Below are positions 24,534-33,119 of a stretch of 33,119 bases of DNA, piece after piece. The DNA lies in NCBI GenBank assembly GCA_034667685.1, contig JAXDQU010000013.1:1-33119 (forward strand). The letters are read 5' to 3'. Every line of letters begins with the position of its first letter. Position 1 is the first letter of the stretch. The notes under the pieces are model-generated. The model was given only the letters and a program-made list of their open reading frames with translations, ran no database searches and was not told where the DNA came from. The translations under genes were made by a program, and so were the position numbers. Source of the stretch: Thermoplasmata archaeon (GTDB lineage: Archaea; Thermoplasmatota; SW-10-69-26; JACQPN01; JAJPHT01).

Positions 24534-26335
24534 TTCTTCGCCCCCGTATGGTGCCGCACGCTGACGCACGCGCCTTTGCGCATGGCGCCCATCTCGCTGC
24601 CGGCGACGAGGGCGCGCCCGACGCCGCGGAACTGGCCGTCGTGGTGGAGGACGACCTCGTCCTCGGGGGCGACCTCGGCGTCGGCGCCCTTGACGCCCAC
24701 GGCGAAGATGGTGCCGCGCGGCACGAAATCGTCGATCTCGACGCGGTAGTGGCCTTCTTCGAGGAGGCGGCGGCCGCCTTCGAGCGCGAGGCTGAGGTAG
24801 CCGCGGTCCTGCGTGGTCATGGCGATCTGCTCGCCGGTCTCGCTGTCGAGGAGCTTGAGGAAGGGCGCTTTGCCTTTGATCTCGGCGCCTTCGACGAGGA
24901 CGTGGCCGGCTTCGCCGAACTGGAAGCGGGCGAGGCTGCTCATGTCGTCGAGGCCGCGCTGGCGGAACCCGACGCGGGGGAGGGCGTCGGCGAGCTTGTT
25001 GAGCGTGTTGGCGAGGTTGTCGAGGCTCTCGGGGCTGAGGGGGTCGCGCTCGACGGTGTAGTGGAAGTCGGGGAGCGCGGGCTGCGCGATCTCCATCTCG
25101 GTCTCGTCGAGGTGGACGACGACGTGGTCGTAGCGCGAGCGTTCGAGGAGCGCGACGAGGGCGTCCTGGATCATGCGCTTCTCGTCCTCGTCCCAGTGGC
25201 CGGTGACGGGGAGGTCGTAGCTGTTGGCGGGGTAGAGGTTCTCCAGCTCGCGGGGGACGACGCCCAGGGGCGAGGTCAGGACGACCTCGTGGACGGCGCC
25301 GCGGTTGCGCACGCGGTCCAGCGCGCTGAAGAGGATGCGGTGTGTCTTGGAGAGCGCGTAGGGCTTCGTCGCGCTGCACGGCAGGAGGACGAGGATGCGG
25401 GCGCTGGTGGGCTTGCGGTAGCGGCGCGCGAGGCGGCGGCGGAAGCGCACGACCTCGGGCCGGTCGAGGCTCTCCTTGCTCGTGGCGTAGAGCCGGTCGG
25501 GGCGCAGGAGCGGCATGCGCTCGGCGAAGAACTGATAGCACTCCTTGTCGAGGCGGCGCAGGTGGGCGGCCAGCTCGGGCGTGGCGCGCGTGCGCTGCTC
25601 GACCAGCTCGCGCAGCTTGCCGGCGCGGATCGCGGCGTGGACGCGGGCGACCTCGCCCTGCACGGCGGCGCGCGCGGCGGCCACGAGCGTCTCGGGCTTG
25701 GCGTCGGGGATCAGGCCGGCCTCGTGGGCGATGCGCGCGGGGAGCGAGCCCTCGGGCGTGAGGTAGGCGCCCTGGCGCGCCGCGAGGAGGGCGGCCGCGT
25801 CGTCGAAGAGGTCGACGCCGACGTACGCCAAGAGCGCGATCTCCTGGGGCAGGCCGCAGCCGGGCGCGTAGAGCAGGCGCTCGGGCCCGGCGTTCTCGCG
25901 CAGCGTGGCGAGCGCCTTCGCCATGAGGTAGGGGTTGTCGAGGAGGTTGCGCGCGTGCGCGAGCGCTACGACCTCGGCGTCCGCGGGCAGGCGGCCGGCT
26001 GGATCGAGCGCGACGAAGCCCGCGTCGCCCCGGTGCGACTGATAGCTTTCCTCGTGGCCCGCCTTGGCGAGGTCGGGGCCGGCCGCGGGCGCGTAGGGCA
26101 TCTCGTCGTCGAGGACGAGGAACGCCTGCGTCGCGTCGGGTGTCGGGCTGAAGCGCGAGCCGCCCGCGACGACCGTGGGCCGGTCGAGGGGCTGGCGCGA
26201 GAGGGCGAGACGCCCCTCGGGCGCGGGGAAGCCGGGCAGGTCCACCGCCAGCGCGAGCGGGGTGAGCCGGTCGGCGCCCTGGCGGGTCCAGCGGAGGATG
26301 CGCGCCGCGCCGTCACGGGCGACCGGCTCCAGCAT
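24530..26335 (-). CDS. arcS: Archaeosine synthase subunit alpha (ArcS, TGT-like with PUA domain)
   Basis: RDGAARI, LAYVGVDLFD, LRELVE, VLLPCSATKPYALSKTH, TSPLGVVPRELE, YDLPVTGHW and a C-terminal PUA domain. Confidence 0.93.
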   Translation of the reverse strand: MLEPVARDGAARILRWTRQGADRLTPLALAVDLPGFPAPEGRLALSRQPLDRPTVVAGGSRFSPTPDATQAFLVLDDEMPYAPAAGPDLAKAGHEESYQSHRGDAGFVALDPAGRLPADAEVVALAHARNLLDNPYLMAKALATLRENAGPERLLYAPGCGLPQEIALLAYVGVDLFDDAAALLAARQGAYLTPEGSLPARIAHEAGLIPDAKPETLVAAARAAVQGEVARVHAAIRAGKLRELVEQRTRATPELAAHLRRLDKECYQFFAERMPLLRPDRLYATSKESLDRPEVVRFRRRLARRYRKPTSARILVLLPCSATKPYALSKTHRILFSALDRVRNRGAVHEVVLTSPLGVVPRELENLYPANSYDLPVTGHWDEDEKRMIQDALVALLERSRYDHVVVHLDETEMEIAQPALPDFHYTVERDPLSPESLDNLANTLNKLADALPRVGFRQRGLDDMSSLARFQFGEAGHVLVEGAEIKGKAPFLKLLDSETGEQIAMTTQDRGYLSLALEGGRRLLEEGHYRVEIDDFVPRGTIFAVGVKGADAEVAPEDEVVLHHDGQFRGVGRALVAGSEMGAMRKGACVSVRHHTGAKK

Positions 26336-26362
26336 ATGGCGCGCCCACGGGGGCGCTCGTAT

Positions 26363-27034
26363 TTAACTGCGCTTGCCGAACCCGAAGCGCTTCTTCGGCT
26401 TCTCGTCGGGCTGGGGCGGCTCGGGGGCCGGCGGCGCATCCTTCTTGCCGCGGCCGAAGGAGAAGCGCGACTTCTTCTCGGGCTCCTGCGGAGGGCTGGG
26501 GCTTGGGCTGGCGCTGGGGCTGGGGGCTTCCGGCGCCTGCGGCGCCGGAAGCTCGTCGATCCGGCTTTCGATATCATCGGCGGGACGCGCCACGCCGTCC
26601 TGCACGACGAAGAGGCGGCGCTCGCCCGACGCGGTGCGCGCCTCGACGACGTCGCCGCGGCCCACGCGGTAGACGACCTCGACGGCGACAAGCGCCTCCG
26701 CCAGGTGCGGGGCCAGCGCGGCGCGCAGGTCGTCGCGCACCGGCGGCGCGGGCGCGGGGGGCTCGGGCAGGGGCGGGAGCGGCGCCTCGGGCGAGAGACG
26801 GCGCCGGATCTCCAGCGCGTCGACGGCATCGCGCACCTCCTCGATGCCCTGCGGGTGGCGCGGGACGAAGTGGCGCTCGGCGAAGCGGACCTCGTGCCCC
26901 TCCTGCAGGGGGGCGCTCTCCTGCGCGAGCTTGCGCGGGCGTGGGAGCCGGTCCTGGTCGAGCAGGGTCAGGGTCTCGTGCGTCTCCTCGACGACCTGGA
27001 CGCGCGGCTTCTCGGGTGCGGGCTCGGGGCTCAG
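26363..27034 (-). CDS. Proline-rich hypothetical protein with basic FGFGK C-terminal repeats
   Basis: Probable CTG start at 27034 overlapping the upstream TGA, with GGAGG 7 nt upstream. Ends KKSRFSFGRGKK...KPKKRFGFGKRS. Confidence 0.65.
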   Translation of the reverse strand: MSPEPAPEKPRVQVVEETHETLTLLDQDRLPRPRKLAQESAPLQEGHEVRFAERHFVPRHPQGIEEVRDAVDALEIRRRLSPEAPLPPLPEPPAPAPPVRDDLRAALAPHLAEALVAVEVVYRVGRGDVVEARTASGERRLFVVQDGVARPADDIESRIDELPAPQAPEAPSPSASPSPSPPQEPEKKSRFSFGRGKKDAPPAPEPPQPDEKPKKRFGFGKRS

Positions 27035-27774
27035 GAGGACTCCTCCGGGAACTCGATCGTGAGGGGGAGCGAGGCGCGCTGGATGGTGCCGCGGCTCCGG
27101 CGCGCGACCTCGCGCAGCGTGGGGTCCTCGGCGGGCGCGAAGACGACGACGTGCACCGGCACGCCCAGGCGCCCCGCGCGGGAGGCGGCCTCCACGAGCA
27201 GCGCGGGCTCGCTGGGACCGTCGGTGACGAGCGCGATCTCGCGCGCGCGGTCCTGCGCGGTCGCGGCGATGCGGGCCAAGGTCAGCTGCAGCGCGGTCCC
27301 GGCGCGCGCCTTGCCGCGCGGCGCGGGAAGCGCGGGGGCGCTGGCGTCCCGCGCGGGGGTGGTCGGGAGCGCGTCGTGGAGCGTCGCGGCGAACGCGAGC
27401 ACCTGCACGGTGGCCACGCGCGCGGGGGGCGCCTTGAGCAGCGCCGCGAGCGCCTCGTGCGCGGCCTGCGCGCGGGTGTGCTGCGCGCTCCAGCGCTCGC
27501 CCATGCTCGCACCCGCGTCCACGAGCACGACGAGGTCGACGGTGCGCGTGCCGTGGGGCAGCGCGCGCGGCGTGATCTCCAGCGAATCCGTCGGCGCGGA
27601 CTCGACCGCCACGACAAGGAGATCGCCCACCGCGTCGCCCACCTCCACGCGCGGGAGCGTCTCGGGCAGCGCGCGCGCCGCGGCGAGAAGGCGCTCCTCG
27701 TCCCACGGCTCCGGCGGCGCCAGGACCACGCGCTCGGGACTCACGCTTCGCGCACGCGTCCGACCCGGCTTCAA
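27031..27774 (-). CDS. von Willebrand factor A domain protein
   Basis: DLVVLVDAGASM (MIDAS-like), LVTDGP, GVPVHVVVF and LREVARRSRG. Start is TTG 27774 or GTG 27744. Confidence 0.75.
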   Translation of the reverse strand: MKPGRTRARSVSPERVVLAPPEPWDEERLLAAARALPETLPRVEVGDAVGDLLVVAVESAPTDSLEITPRALPHGTRTVDLVVLVDAGASMGERWSAQHTRAQAAHEALAALLKAPPARVATVQVLAFAATLHDALPTTPARDASAPALPAPRGKARAGTALQLTLARIAATAQDRAREIALVTDGPSEPALLVEAASRAGRLGVPVHVVVFAPAEDPTLREVARRSRGTIQRASLPLTIEFPEESS

Positions 27775-28322
27775 GCTTCGGGCGTGATCCGCCAGACCGC
27801 GATCTCCTCGAAGAAGAACCGCGCCGCGGCGATCTTCGCGTGCCGGAGCCCCACGTCGCGCACCGCTGCCGCGAGCGAATCCAGGTCGGCGCGGCTCGAC
27901 ACCACGAGGTATGCCCGGCCGCCGGGCGCCAGCACGCGGGGGAGGTCGCGCGCAAACCGGATGCTGACTTCGACGCCGCCTTCGCCCCCGTGGAACGCGC
28001 GGTCGATGTCGCCTGGCAGCCGCTCCTCGTCGCTGCTGGGCAGGTAGGGCGCGTTGAACGCCACGAGGTCGAAGGGCCCACGCACGCAGGAGAGCAGGTC
28101 GCCGCGCGCCACCGGCACGCCGAGCTTGCGCGTCGCGCGGGCGGCGGCCGGATTGAGCTCCACCGCGACGACGCGCGCGCCGGCATCCATCATCATGCGC
28201 GACACGACGCCGCTGCCCGGCCCCACCTCGCAGGCGCGCAGGCCCGTGAGCGGCTCCTGCCGGAGCGCCGCGAGCAGGAGCTCGGTGTCCTCGGCGGGCT
28301 CATAGTAGGGCGCGCGCGACAA
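27771..28322 (-). CDS. HemK2/Mtq2-related N5-glutamine methyltransferase
   Basis: YEPAEDTELL, EVGPGSG, FDLVAFNAPYLP and GGEGG; conserved position after rsmA. Confidence 0.9.
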   Translation of the reverse strand: MSRAPYYEPAEDTELLLAALRQEPLTGLRACEVGPGSGVVSRMMMDAGARVVAVELNPAAARATRKLGVPVARGDLLSCVRGPFDLVAFNAPYLPSSDEERLPGDIDRAFHGGEGGVEVSIRFARDLPRVLAPGGRAYLVVSSRADLDSLAAAVRDVGLRHAKIAAARFFFEEIAVWRITPEA

Positions 28323-29004
28323 GCGCGAACTCCTCCGGCGTCAGCTCCTCGGGCCTCGCGTCCGCGAACGGGATCTCCTTCCGCCCCAGCGTGTTGGACA
28401 GCTTCTTCCTGCGTTGGGCGAAGGCGCGCTCCACCACCGCGTCGTAGTTGGGCGGCGCGTCGAACGACGGCGGGCGCGGCACGATCTTCACGAGCGCGCT
28501 GTCGACCCGAGGGGGCGGGTCGAACGCGCCGGGCGGCACTTTGGCCAGCAGCTCGATCGCGGCGCGGCGCTGCGCGTTGACGGAGAGGCGGCCGTAGTCC
28601 GACGTGCGCGGCTTGGCGACGAGCCGGTCGGCGAACTCCTTCTGCACGAGGAGCACCGCGACGCGGAACTCGCACGAGAGCAGGCGGAAGAGGAACGGGC
28701 TGCTGATCTGGTAGGGGAGGTTGCTCACGCACGCATCGAAGCGCGGCCAGGGCACCTGCACCGCATCGCCGCGCACCAGCTCGACCGCGGGGAAGTCGCG
28801 CGCGATGCCCTCGGCCAGCTCGGGGTCGATCTCGACGCAGACGAGCTTCGCCACGCGCGGCAGCAGGCGCTTCGTCAGCACGCCCTCGCCGGGCCCGACC
28901 TCCAGGACGATATCATCCTTCGTCAGCCCGGCGGCCTCGACGGCGCGGTCCGCGTACTGCGTCGCGCGCAGGAAGTGCTGGCCCAGGGGCGGGCGGCGGG
29001 GCAC
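28300..29004 (-). CDS. rsmA: 16S rRNA adenine dimethyltransferase (KsgA/Dim1)
   Basis: LGQHFL, VLEVGPGEGVLT, VSNLPYQISSP, VQKEFADRL, YGRLSV, FDPPPRVDS and FAQRRKKL. Confidence 0.96.
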   Translation of the reverse strand: MPRRPPLGQHFLRATQYADRAVEAAGLTKDDIVLEVGPGEGVLTKRLLPRVAKLVCVEIDPELAEGIARDFPAVELVRGDAVQVPWPRFDACVSNLPYQISSPFLFRLLSCEFRVAVLLVQKEFADRLVAKPRTSDYGRLSVNAQRRAAIELLAKVPPGAFDPPPRVDSALVKIVPRPPSFDAPPNYDAVVERAFAQRRKKLSNTLGRKEIPFADARPEELTPEEFALVARALL

Positions 29005-29025
29005 GCCCCTCGATCGGCTCGTCGC

Positions 29026-29454
29026 TCAAAACGATTTGGAAGGCGCCGCCGCCACGAGCGCCGCCGCGAGGCAGCATCCGAGCGCGACCTCCGCCACGCC
29101 GACCAGGGCCCCGACGTGGGCGAAGCCGCGCGTCCCCAGGTGCCAGAGCGCCCAGGGCGTCCAGCTCAGCGCCGCGGGGAGCCACGTGCCCAGACGCGGG
29201 GCGCGCCGGACGAGCCCCAGCGTGGCGAGGATGCCGGCGGCCAGCGGAGGCAGCGTCAGCAGCGCGTCCTCGTCGGTCGCGCAGGCGCCTCCGGTCGCCG
29301 CGTCCGTCACCGGCCCGAAGCACGCCACGGGGCTGGCGCCCAGGTGGATGGCGCCGCGGGTTCCGAGCAGCAGGAGGAACGCGACGAAGCCGGCGACGGC
29401 CACGAGGCCGAGGGCGCCCACGTGGGCCGCGATCCGGCGCAGGCAGGCGCTCAT
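29026..29454 (-). CDS. Hypothetical membrane protein
   Basis: ATG 29454; 142 aa with 4 hydrophobic segments and a Cys pair in the first loop. Confidence 0.55.
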   Translation of the reverse strand: MSACLRRIAAHVGALGLVAVAGFVAFLLLLGTRGAIHLGASPVACFGPVTDAATGGACATDEDALLTLPPLAAGILATLGLVRRAPRLGTWLPAALSWTPWALWHLGTRGFAHVGALVGVAEVALGCCLAAALVAAAPSKSF

Positions 29455-29541
29455 GCAGGGGGGTGGGCGGGGATCGCGCAAGAACCCTTGCGCCGCAGGA
29501 AGCCGATCGGGCCAAACCAAGGGAGCGCGGATGCTTCGTCC

Positions 29542-30603
29542 ATGCGCGTCGCGATGGCGACCGACACGTGGCGCCCCGCGATGAACGGGATCGTGCGCTC
29601 GCTCGACGTGACGTGCGCGGCGCTGGCCCAGCGCGGCGTCCCGACGCGCGTCGTGGCGCCGGGGCGCTTCTCGATCCCCGCGTTCGTCTACCCGGAGCTT
29701 CGCGTCGGGTTGCGGCCCGTCACGCGCCGCGCGCTGGCGGGCGACGACGTCGTGCACGTCCACACGCCGGGGCCCGTGGGTCTCTCCGCGGCGCGGGCGG
29801 CGCGCAAGGCCGGCGCGCGGCTCGTCGTGACGCACCACACGCGCGTGGACGAGGCGATCCGGCATTTCGCGCCGCGGCCGCTGCGCCGCGCGTTGGGCGG
29901 GCTCAACGACGCGGTGCACCGGCGTCTGCTCGCGCGCGCCCACGCCGTGGTCGCGCCCACCCCGGCCATCGCGGAGGACCTCGCGCGGCGCTACGGCGTG
30001 CGCGCCGAGGTCGTGCCCACCGGCCTCTCGCCGGAATACCTGGCCGAGGCGCGCGCCGCGGCGAGGTCGCGCCAGCCCGGGAGCGCGCCGCGCGTCCTGT
30101 ACCTGGGCCGCCTGGCGCCGGAGAAGAACCTCGACGTGCTGCTGCGGGCATTCGCGCTGCTGTTGCGCGGCGCGCCGGACGCCACGCTCGTGATGGCCGG
30201 GGTGGGGCCCGACGCGGCGCGGCTGCGCGACCTCGCGGCGTCGTTGGGCTTCGCCTCGCGCGTCGTGTGGCTCGGCTTCGTCCCCGAGGCGGAGCTTGCG
30301 CGCGTGTATGCGAGCGCCGACGCGTTCGTGTCGCCTTCCACCTACGAGACGCAGGGGCTCACCGTGCTCGAGGCGATGGCGGCCGGCGCGCCGGTGGCCT
30401 GCCCCGACATGGACGTGTTCCGCGAGCTGACGAAGGCGGGGGCGGTCGAGCCGTTCGCGCCGGACGACGCGGAGAGCGCCGCGCGGGCCATCGCGCGCTG
30501 CCTGGAGGCGCGCCCCGCGCGGGCTGCCGCTGGGCAGCGCATCGTGGAGCGGAGCACCGCGGACGCGAGCGCGGCGCGGCTGCTCAGAATCTATGGACCA
30601 TAG
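29542..30603 (+). CDS. GT4-family glycosyltransferase
   Basis: MRVAMATDTWRPAMNGIV, VHVHTPGPVG, LYLGRLAPEKN and STYETQGLTVLEAMAAG. Confidence 0.92.
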   Translation: MRVAMATDTWRPAMNGIVRSLDVTCAALAQRGVPTRVVAPGRFSIPAFVYPELRVGLRPVTRRALAGDDVVHVHTPGPVGLSAARAARKAGARLVVTHHTRVDEAIRHFAPRPLRRALGGLNDAVHRRLLARAHAVVAPTPAIAEDLARRYGVRAEVVPTGLSPEYLAEARAAARSRQPGSAPRVLYLGRLAPEKNLDVLLRAFALLLRGAPDATLVMAGVGPDAARLRDLAASLGFASRVVWLGFVPEAELARVYASADAFVSPSTYETQGLTVLEAMAAGAPVACPDMDVFRELTKAGAVEPFAPDDAESAARAIARCLEARPARAAAGQRIVERSTADASAARLLRIYGP

Positions 30604-30617
30604 GCGGGTCGCAGGCG

Positions 30618-30773
30618 TCAGCGCGCGTGGCATGCGCGCGCGAAGAGCGCCGAGCTCAATCCGATCCCACCTACGCATACGGGGTGGATGCAGAGGACGC
30701 CGATCACAGAGGCGGCGCCCACGACCAAGGCCCCAATGGCCATGAGAGGGGCGACCGGCGTGGCCGTATGCAT
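30618..30773 (-). CDS. Small hydrophobic protein (51 aa)
   Basis: MHTATPVAPLMAIGALVVGAASVIGVLCIHPVC..., with TATA-like GTTAAG about 27 nt upstream. Confidence 0.4.
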   Translation of the reverse strand: MHTATPVAPLMAIGALVVGAASVIGVLCIHPVCVGGIGLSSALFARACHAR

Positions 30774-30829
30774 GCACGAAATTCGCCCGGGTCGGGACTT
30801 AACCCTTGCCCTATGTCTCCGGGGAGGAC

Positions 30830-31321
30830 TCACGACCTTGCGAACAACAGGAGGGAGCCAAGGACGAGCGCGCCGGTTCCGAGCAGGCCGAATGCCAGCC
30901 CCACGAGGAACGAGAGTCCTCCTTCGGTGGGCTCGTTCCGGGCTTTGCAAGACCTCCAATGCCGGTAGGTCCCGAGGTTCATGCCGAGGCTGACTCCCAC
31001 AAGGGGAACGCCTGCCAGCGCATTCCGCTGGAGGTGCCACGTGAACGCCCCAAGGCCAGCGAGGCTTGCCATCAGAGCGAGGCTCGCGAGGCCAAGATCG
31101 TAGCCGATGCATCTCATGCACGGCCGCTTCTGGCCCGTTGCCAATTGACGGTCGAACGCGGTGAAGAACATGCCCCAAAGGAGGAGGCCCGTGGCGATCG
31201 CGGCCTCGATCCAGATCAGAGGGGAACCCGGTCTCGTCTCGGCCATCGTGACGAACACGACGACGCCCGGCGCCATGTAGGGGAGGCGCGCTATTGCATG
31301 CCACCAATTCTGAGACGACAA
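30830..31321 (-). CDS. Hypothetical multi-pass membrane protein, lower GC
   Basis: ORF with several TM-like segments. Start uncertain (TTG 31321 or ATG 31276). Confidence 0.55.
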   Translation of the reverse strand: MSSQNWWHAIARLPYMAPGVVVFVTMAETRPGSPLIWIEAAIATGLLLWGMFFTAFDRQLATGQKRPCMRCIGYDLGLASLALMASLAGLGAFTWHLQRNALAGVPLVGVSLGMNLGTYRHWRSCKARNEPTEGGLSFLVGLAFGLLGTGALVLGSLLLFARS

Positions 31322-31339
31322 CCGATCACGATCCGGGAA

Positions 31340-31606
31340 CTACGCTTCGCCGGCCGTCTGGGGCCCGACGAGGGTCTGAAGCCCCGACCAGCCAAGGCAG
31401 CCCGTCTTGAAGACGATCGAGGCTACGATGACGCCGAGAGCCCAGAGTGGATCCACCGTGGCGGCCAACACGAGCGACCCTGCTGCGATCCCTGTCGAAA
31501 GGACCAGCGCCCCAGCGCAGAACCAACCTTCCACGCGTGCCGACACCACGGTCCTTCCCCCAGTTTGAACGGGTGTGGTCTTCTTAATCGTTTTCAAGTT
31601 CGTCAT
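31340..31606 (-). CDS. Small two-TM hypothetical protein, lower GC
   Basis: 88 aa ATG ORF immediately after DUF655, with two hydrophobic segments. Confidence 0.45.
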   Translation of the reverse strand: MTNLKTIKKTTPVQTGGRTVVSARVEGWFCAGALVLSTGIAAGSLVLAATVDPLWALGVIVASIVFKTGCLGWSGLQTLVGPQTAGEA

Positions 31607-31626
31607 GACGAACCCCTTGGTAACAG

Positions 31627-32232
31627 CTAGCGCATGCCGCGCGGAGGTCCGCGGGGCCCGCGGCCGAAGTCGTCGTGCTCGGGCGCCGGGGGCAGCACGA
31701 ACAGGTGGTACTTCTCGCCGGGGTTCTGGATCTCGGAGACGATGCGGTTCGAGATCAGCTTCTCGGGCTGGTGGAGCGCCTTGACGCGGCCGTCGATGTC
31801 GCGGAACGACTTGAACGGGCCGTTGCGCTTCTTGTCGTCGAGGATCGCCTGCATGAGCTTCTTGCCCAGGCCGGGAAGAAGCTCGAGCTGGTGCATGCGG
31901 AGGCTCACGGGGCCCGCGTTGTTGTAGAACGTGACGAAGCGCTCCTCCTGCGCCTTCACCATCTGCTCGATGACGTAGGGCAGCTCGGACTGCGCCGCGT
32001 GGGTCATGGCCTCGAAGGGGACGCGCCCGCGCACGTGGTCGATCAGGCTCGCCGGGTCCTCCTTGAGGACGCTGACGCGGTCGCCCACCAGCAGTGTGAC
32101 GTTGGGCTTGGGGGCGAGCTCCAGCGTGACGAAGTTGCGCTCGCCCACGCCGTAGGCCACGGGGTCCTTCCGGCGGTTGTCGTCCGGACGTCCCTTGGGC
32201 AGGTAGTCCAGGATGTAGACGTGCTCCTCCAT
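31627..32232 (-). CDS. DUF655 putative RNA-binding protein
   Basis: YILDYLPKG, GVGERNFVTLEL, FYNNAGPVSLRMHQLELLPGLGKK and PFKSF; conserved position after rpoF. Confidence 0.93.
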   Translation of the reverse strand: MEEHVYILDYLPKGRPDDNRRKDPVAYGVGERNFVTLELAPKPNVTLLVGDRVSVLKEDPASLIDHVRGRVPFEAMTHAAQSELPYVIEQMVKAQEERFVTFYNNAGPVSLRMHQLELLPGLGKKLMQAILDDKKRNGPFKSFRDIDGRVKALHQPEKLISNRIVSEIQNPGEKYHLFVLPPAPEHDDFGRGPRGPPRGMR

Positions 32233-32251
32233 CGGATCCCCTCCCGTCGGA

Positions 32252-32608
32252 CTACGCGAACTCCCGGACGGTGTCGAGGATCTTGTTGATCTCGGCCTCG
32301 TCGGGCACGGAGCGGTCGCGCGCGAAGACGGCCCTCACGTCGTCGGCGTGCGTGGGCATGATGTCCGCGAGCCGGTACGCGAAGTACTCGGTCATGCGGC
32401 CGCCCAGCTTGAGCAGGCGCTGCGCCAGCTCGTCGGACCTCTTGGGGTCGATCTTGGTGAAGAGCTTGGCGTGCTCCAGGGCGAGGTTCTGCTCGTAGGA
32501 GAGCTCCGCGCGAGAGCCCTGCTCGCGCTCCAGCAGCTCGCGGACCTCGCTGATGGTCACGAGGCGCACCGGCTGCGCTGCGGCTTCCTGCGGCTTCTCG
32601 ACGGCCAT
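32252..32608 (-). CDS. rpoF: DNA-directed RNA polymerase subunit Rpo4 (F)
   Basis: VTISEVRELL, LSYEQNLALEHAKLF, LADIMPTHADDVRAVF and KILDTV. ATG 32608 follows GGAGTGA. Confidence 0.93.
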   Translation of the reverse strand: MAVEKPQEAAAQPVRLVTISEVRELLEREQGSRAELSYEQNLALEHAKLFTKIDPKRSDELAQRLLKLGGRMTEYFAYRLADIMPTHADDVRAVFARDRSVPDEAEINKILDTVREFA

Positions 32609-32613
32609 CGGAC

Positions 32614-32925
32614 TCACTCCTGCGTGGGCGCGGGGGTAATGAGGCGGAGGTGCTCGGGGCGCGCGATGATCGTCTTGACCTTGTGGCCCGCGCGCACCGC
32701 GATGACGAACGCGTCGCCGCGGCGCTCCAGGACGTTGCCCGTGAGCCCCTGGAAGCGGGGGTGGGGCATGCCGCGCTGGACGGACGCGTTGATCGTGATG
32801 GCGACCTTCGTGCCGGGCGGGTAGTCGCGCAGCGAGTGCGTGACGGGGGGCTTGCCGCGGGCGCGGGGGTGCTTGGCGAGCTTGTGGCGGGTCTTCGAGC
32901 GGAAACCCTTGGAGCGGACGACCAT
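32614..32925 (-). CDS. rpl21e: 50S ribosomal protein L21e
   Basis: MVVRSKGFRSKTRHKL, GMPHPRFQGLTG and IIARPEHL. Confidence 0.97.
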   Translation of the reverse strand: MVVRSKGFRSKTRHKLAKHPRARGKPPVTHSLRDYPPGTKVAITINASVQRGMPHPRFQGLTGNVLERRGDAFVIAVRAGHKVKTIIARPEHLRLITPAPTQE

Positions 32926-33000
32926 GTGTCTTGTTCCTCCGTTTGTCGCTACAGATGGAGCGTGCCCCGTGGGGGGCGTAGGGCCGCGAGACAGGTGCTC

Positions 33001-33009
33001 TGATAAATA
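33001..33009 (-). promoter_or_regulatory. Archaeal TATA box of the rpl21e operon
   Basis: Minus strand TATTTATCA about 75 nt upstream of the rpl21e ATG, in an otherwise GC-rich context. Confidence 0.6.
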
Positions 33010-33014
33010 CCTAG

Positions 33015-33119
33015 GCTCGCCGGGCGCCGGGGCTCCGGACGCTGGGCTCTGGACGCCGGGGCTCTGGGCTCAGGACTCGGGACTCAGGGCTCCCGCCTGC
33101 CTGCAACCGGAGAGCCCTG
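33015..33119. repeat. Third heptamer GGGCTC palindromic element, truncated by the window end
   Basis: gggctctggacgccggggctctgggctcaggactcgggactcagggctc, then a spacer, then gagccctg at the start of the return arm. Confidence 0.75.

Noticed and set aside
24548-27787. Very long alternative-frame ORFs such as 1079 aa (+), 988 aa (-) and 795 aa (+)
   Set aside because: They are antisense or shifted-frame shadows of real genes in high-GC DNA, Arg/Ala/Gly-rich and without motifs.
30618-31620. Integron cassette array
   Set aside because: No attC-like repeated sites are recognisable between the ORFs, and there is no integron integrase.

Overview
This is a very GC-rich (roughly 70-75% by eye), non-halophilic archaeal chromosome segment. 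An uncultured Thermoplasmatota-like euryarchaeote is inferred from gene content and order, not from a search. The backbone is conserved information-processing genes on the minus strand: rpl21e-rpoF-DUF655-rsmA-HemK-like methylase, arcS-RaSEA (archaeosine synthesis), and rps15-GAN/RecJ-like-pcc1-serS (methanogen type)-rps3ae-DUF92. gpmI and a partial MMPL transporter are also present. Many junctions of these operons are interrupted by accessory genes: small secreted Cys-paired proteins, a 28-Cys repeat protein, two subtilases, a two-component module, a bacterial-type topoisomerase IB, an orphan HicB and a GT4. The strongest unexplained signals are: (1) two housekeeping genes (serS, RaSEA) whose 3' ends are duplicated downstream around a short insert, with no integrase in the window; (2) several distinct families of intergenic palindromes built from micro-repeats; (3) a GAN/Cdc45-position DHH protein with all nuclease motifs degenerate; (4) probable CTG starts overlapping upstream stop codons. 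No CRISPR array, tRNA, rRNA or transposase was found.
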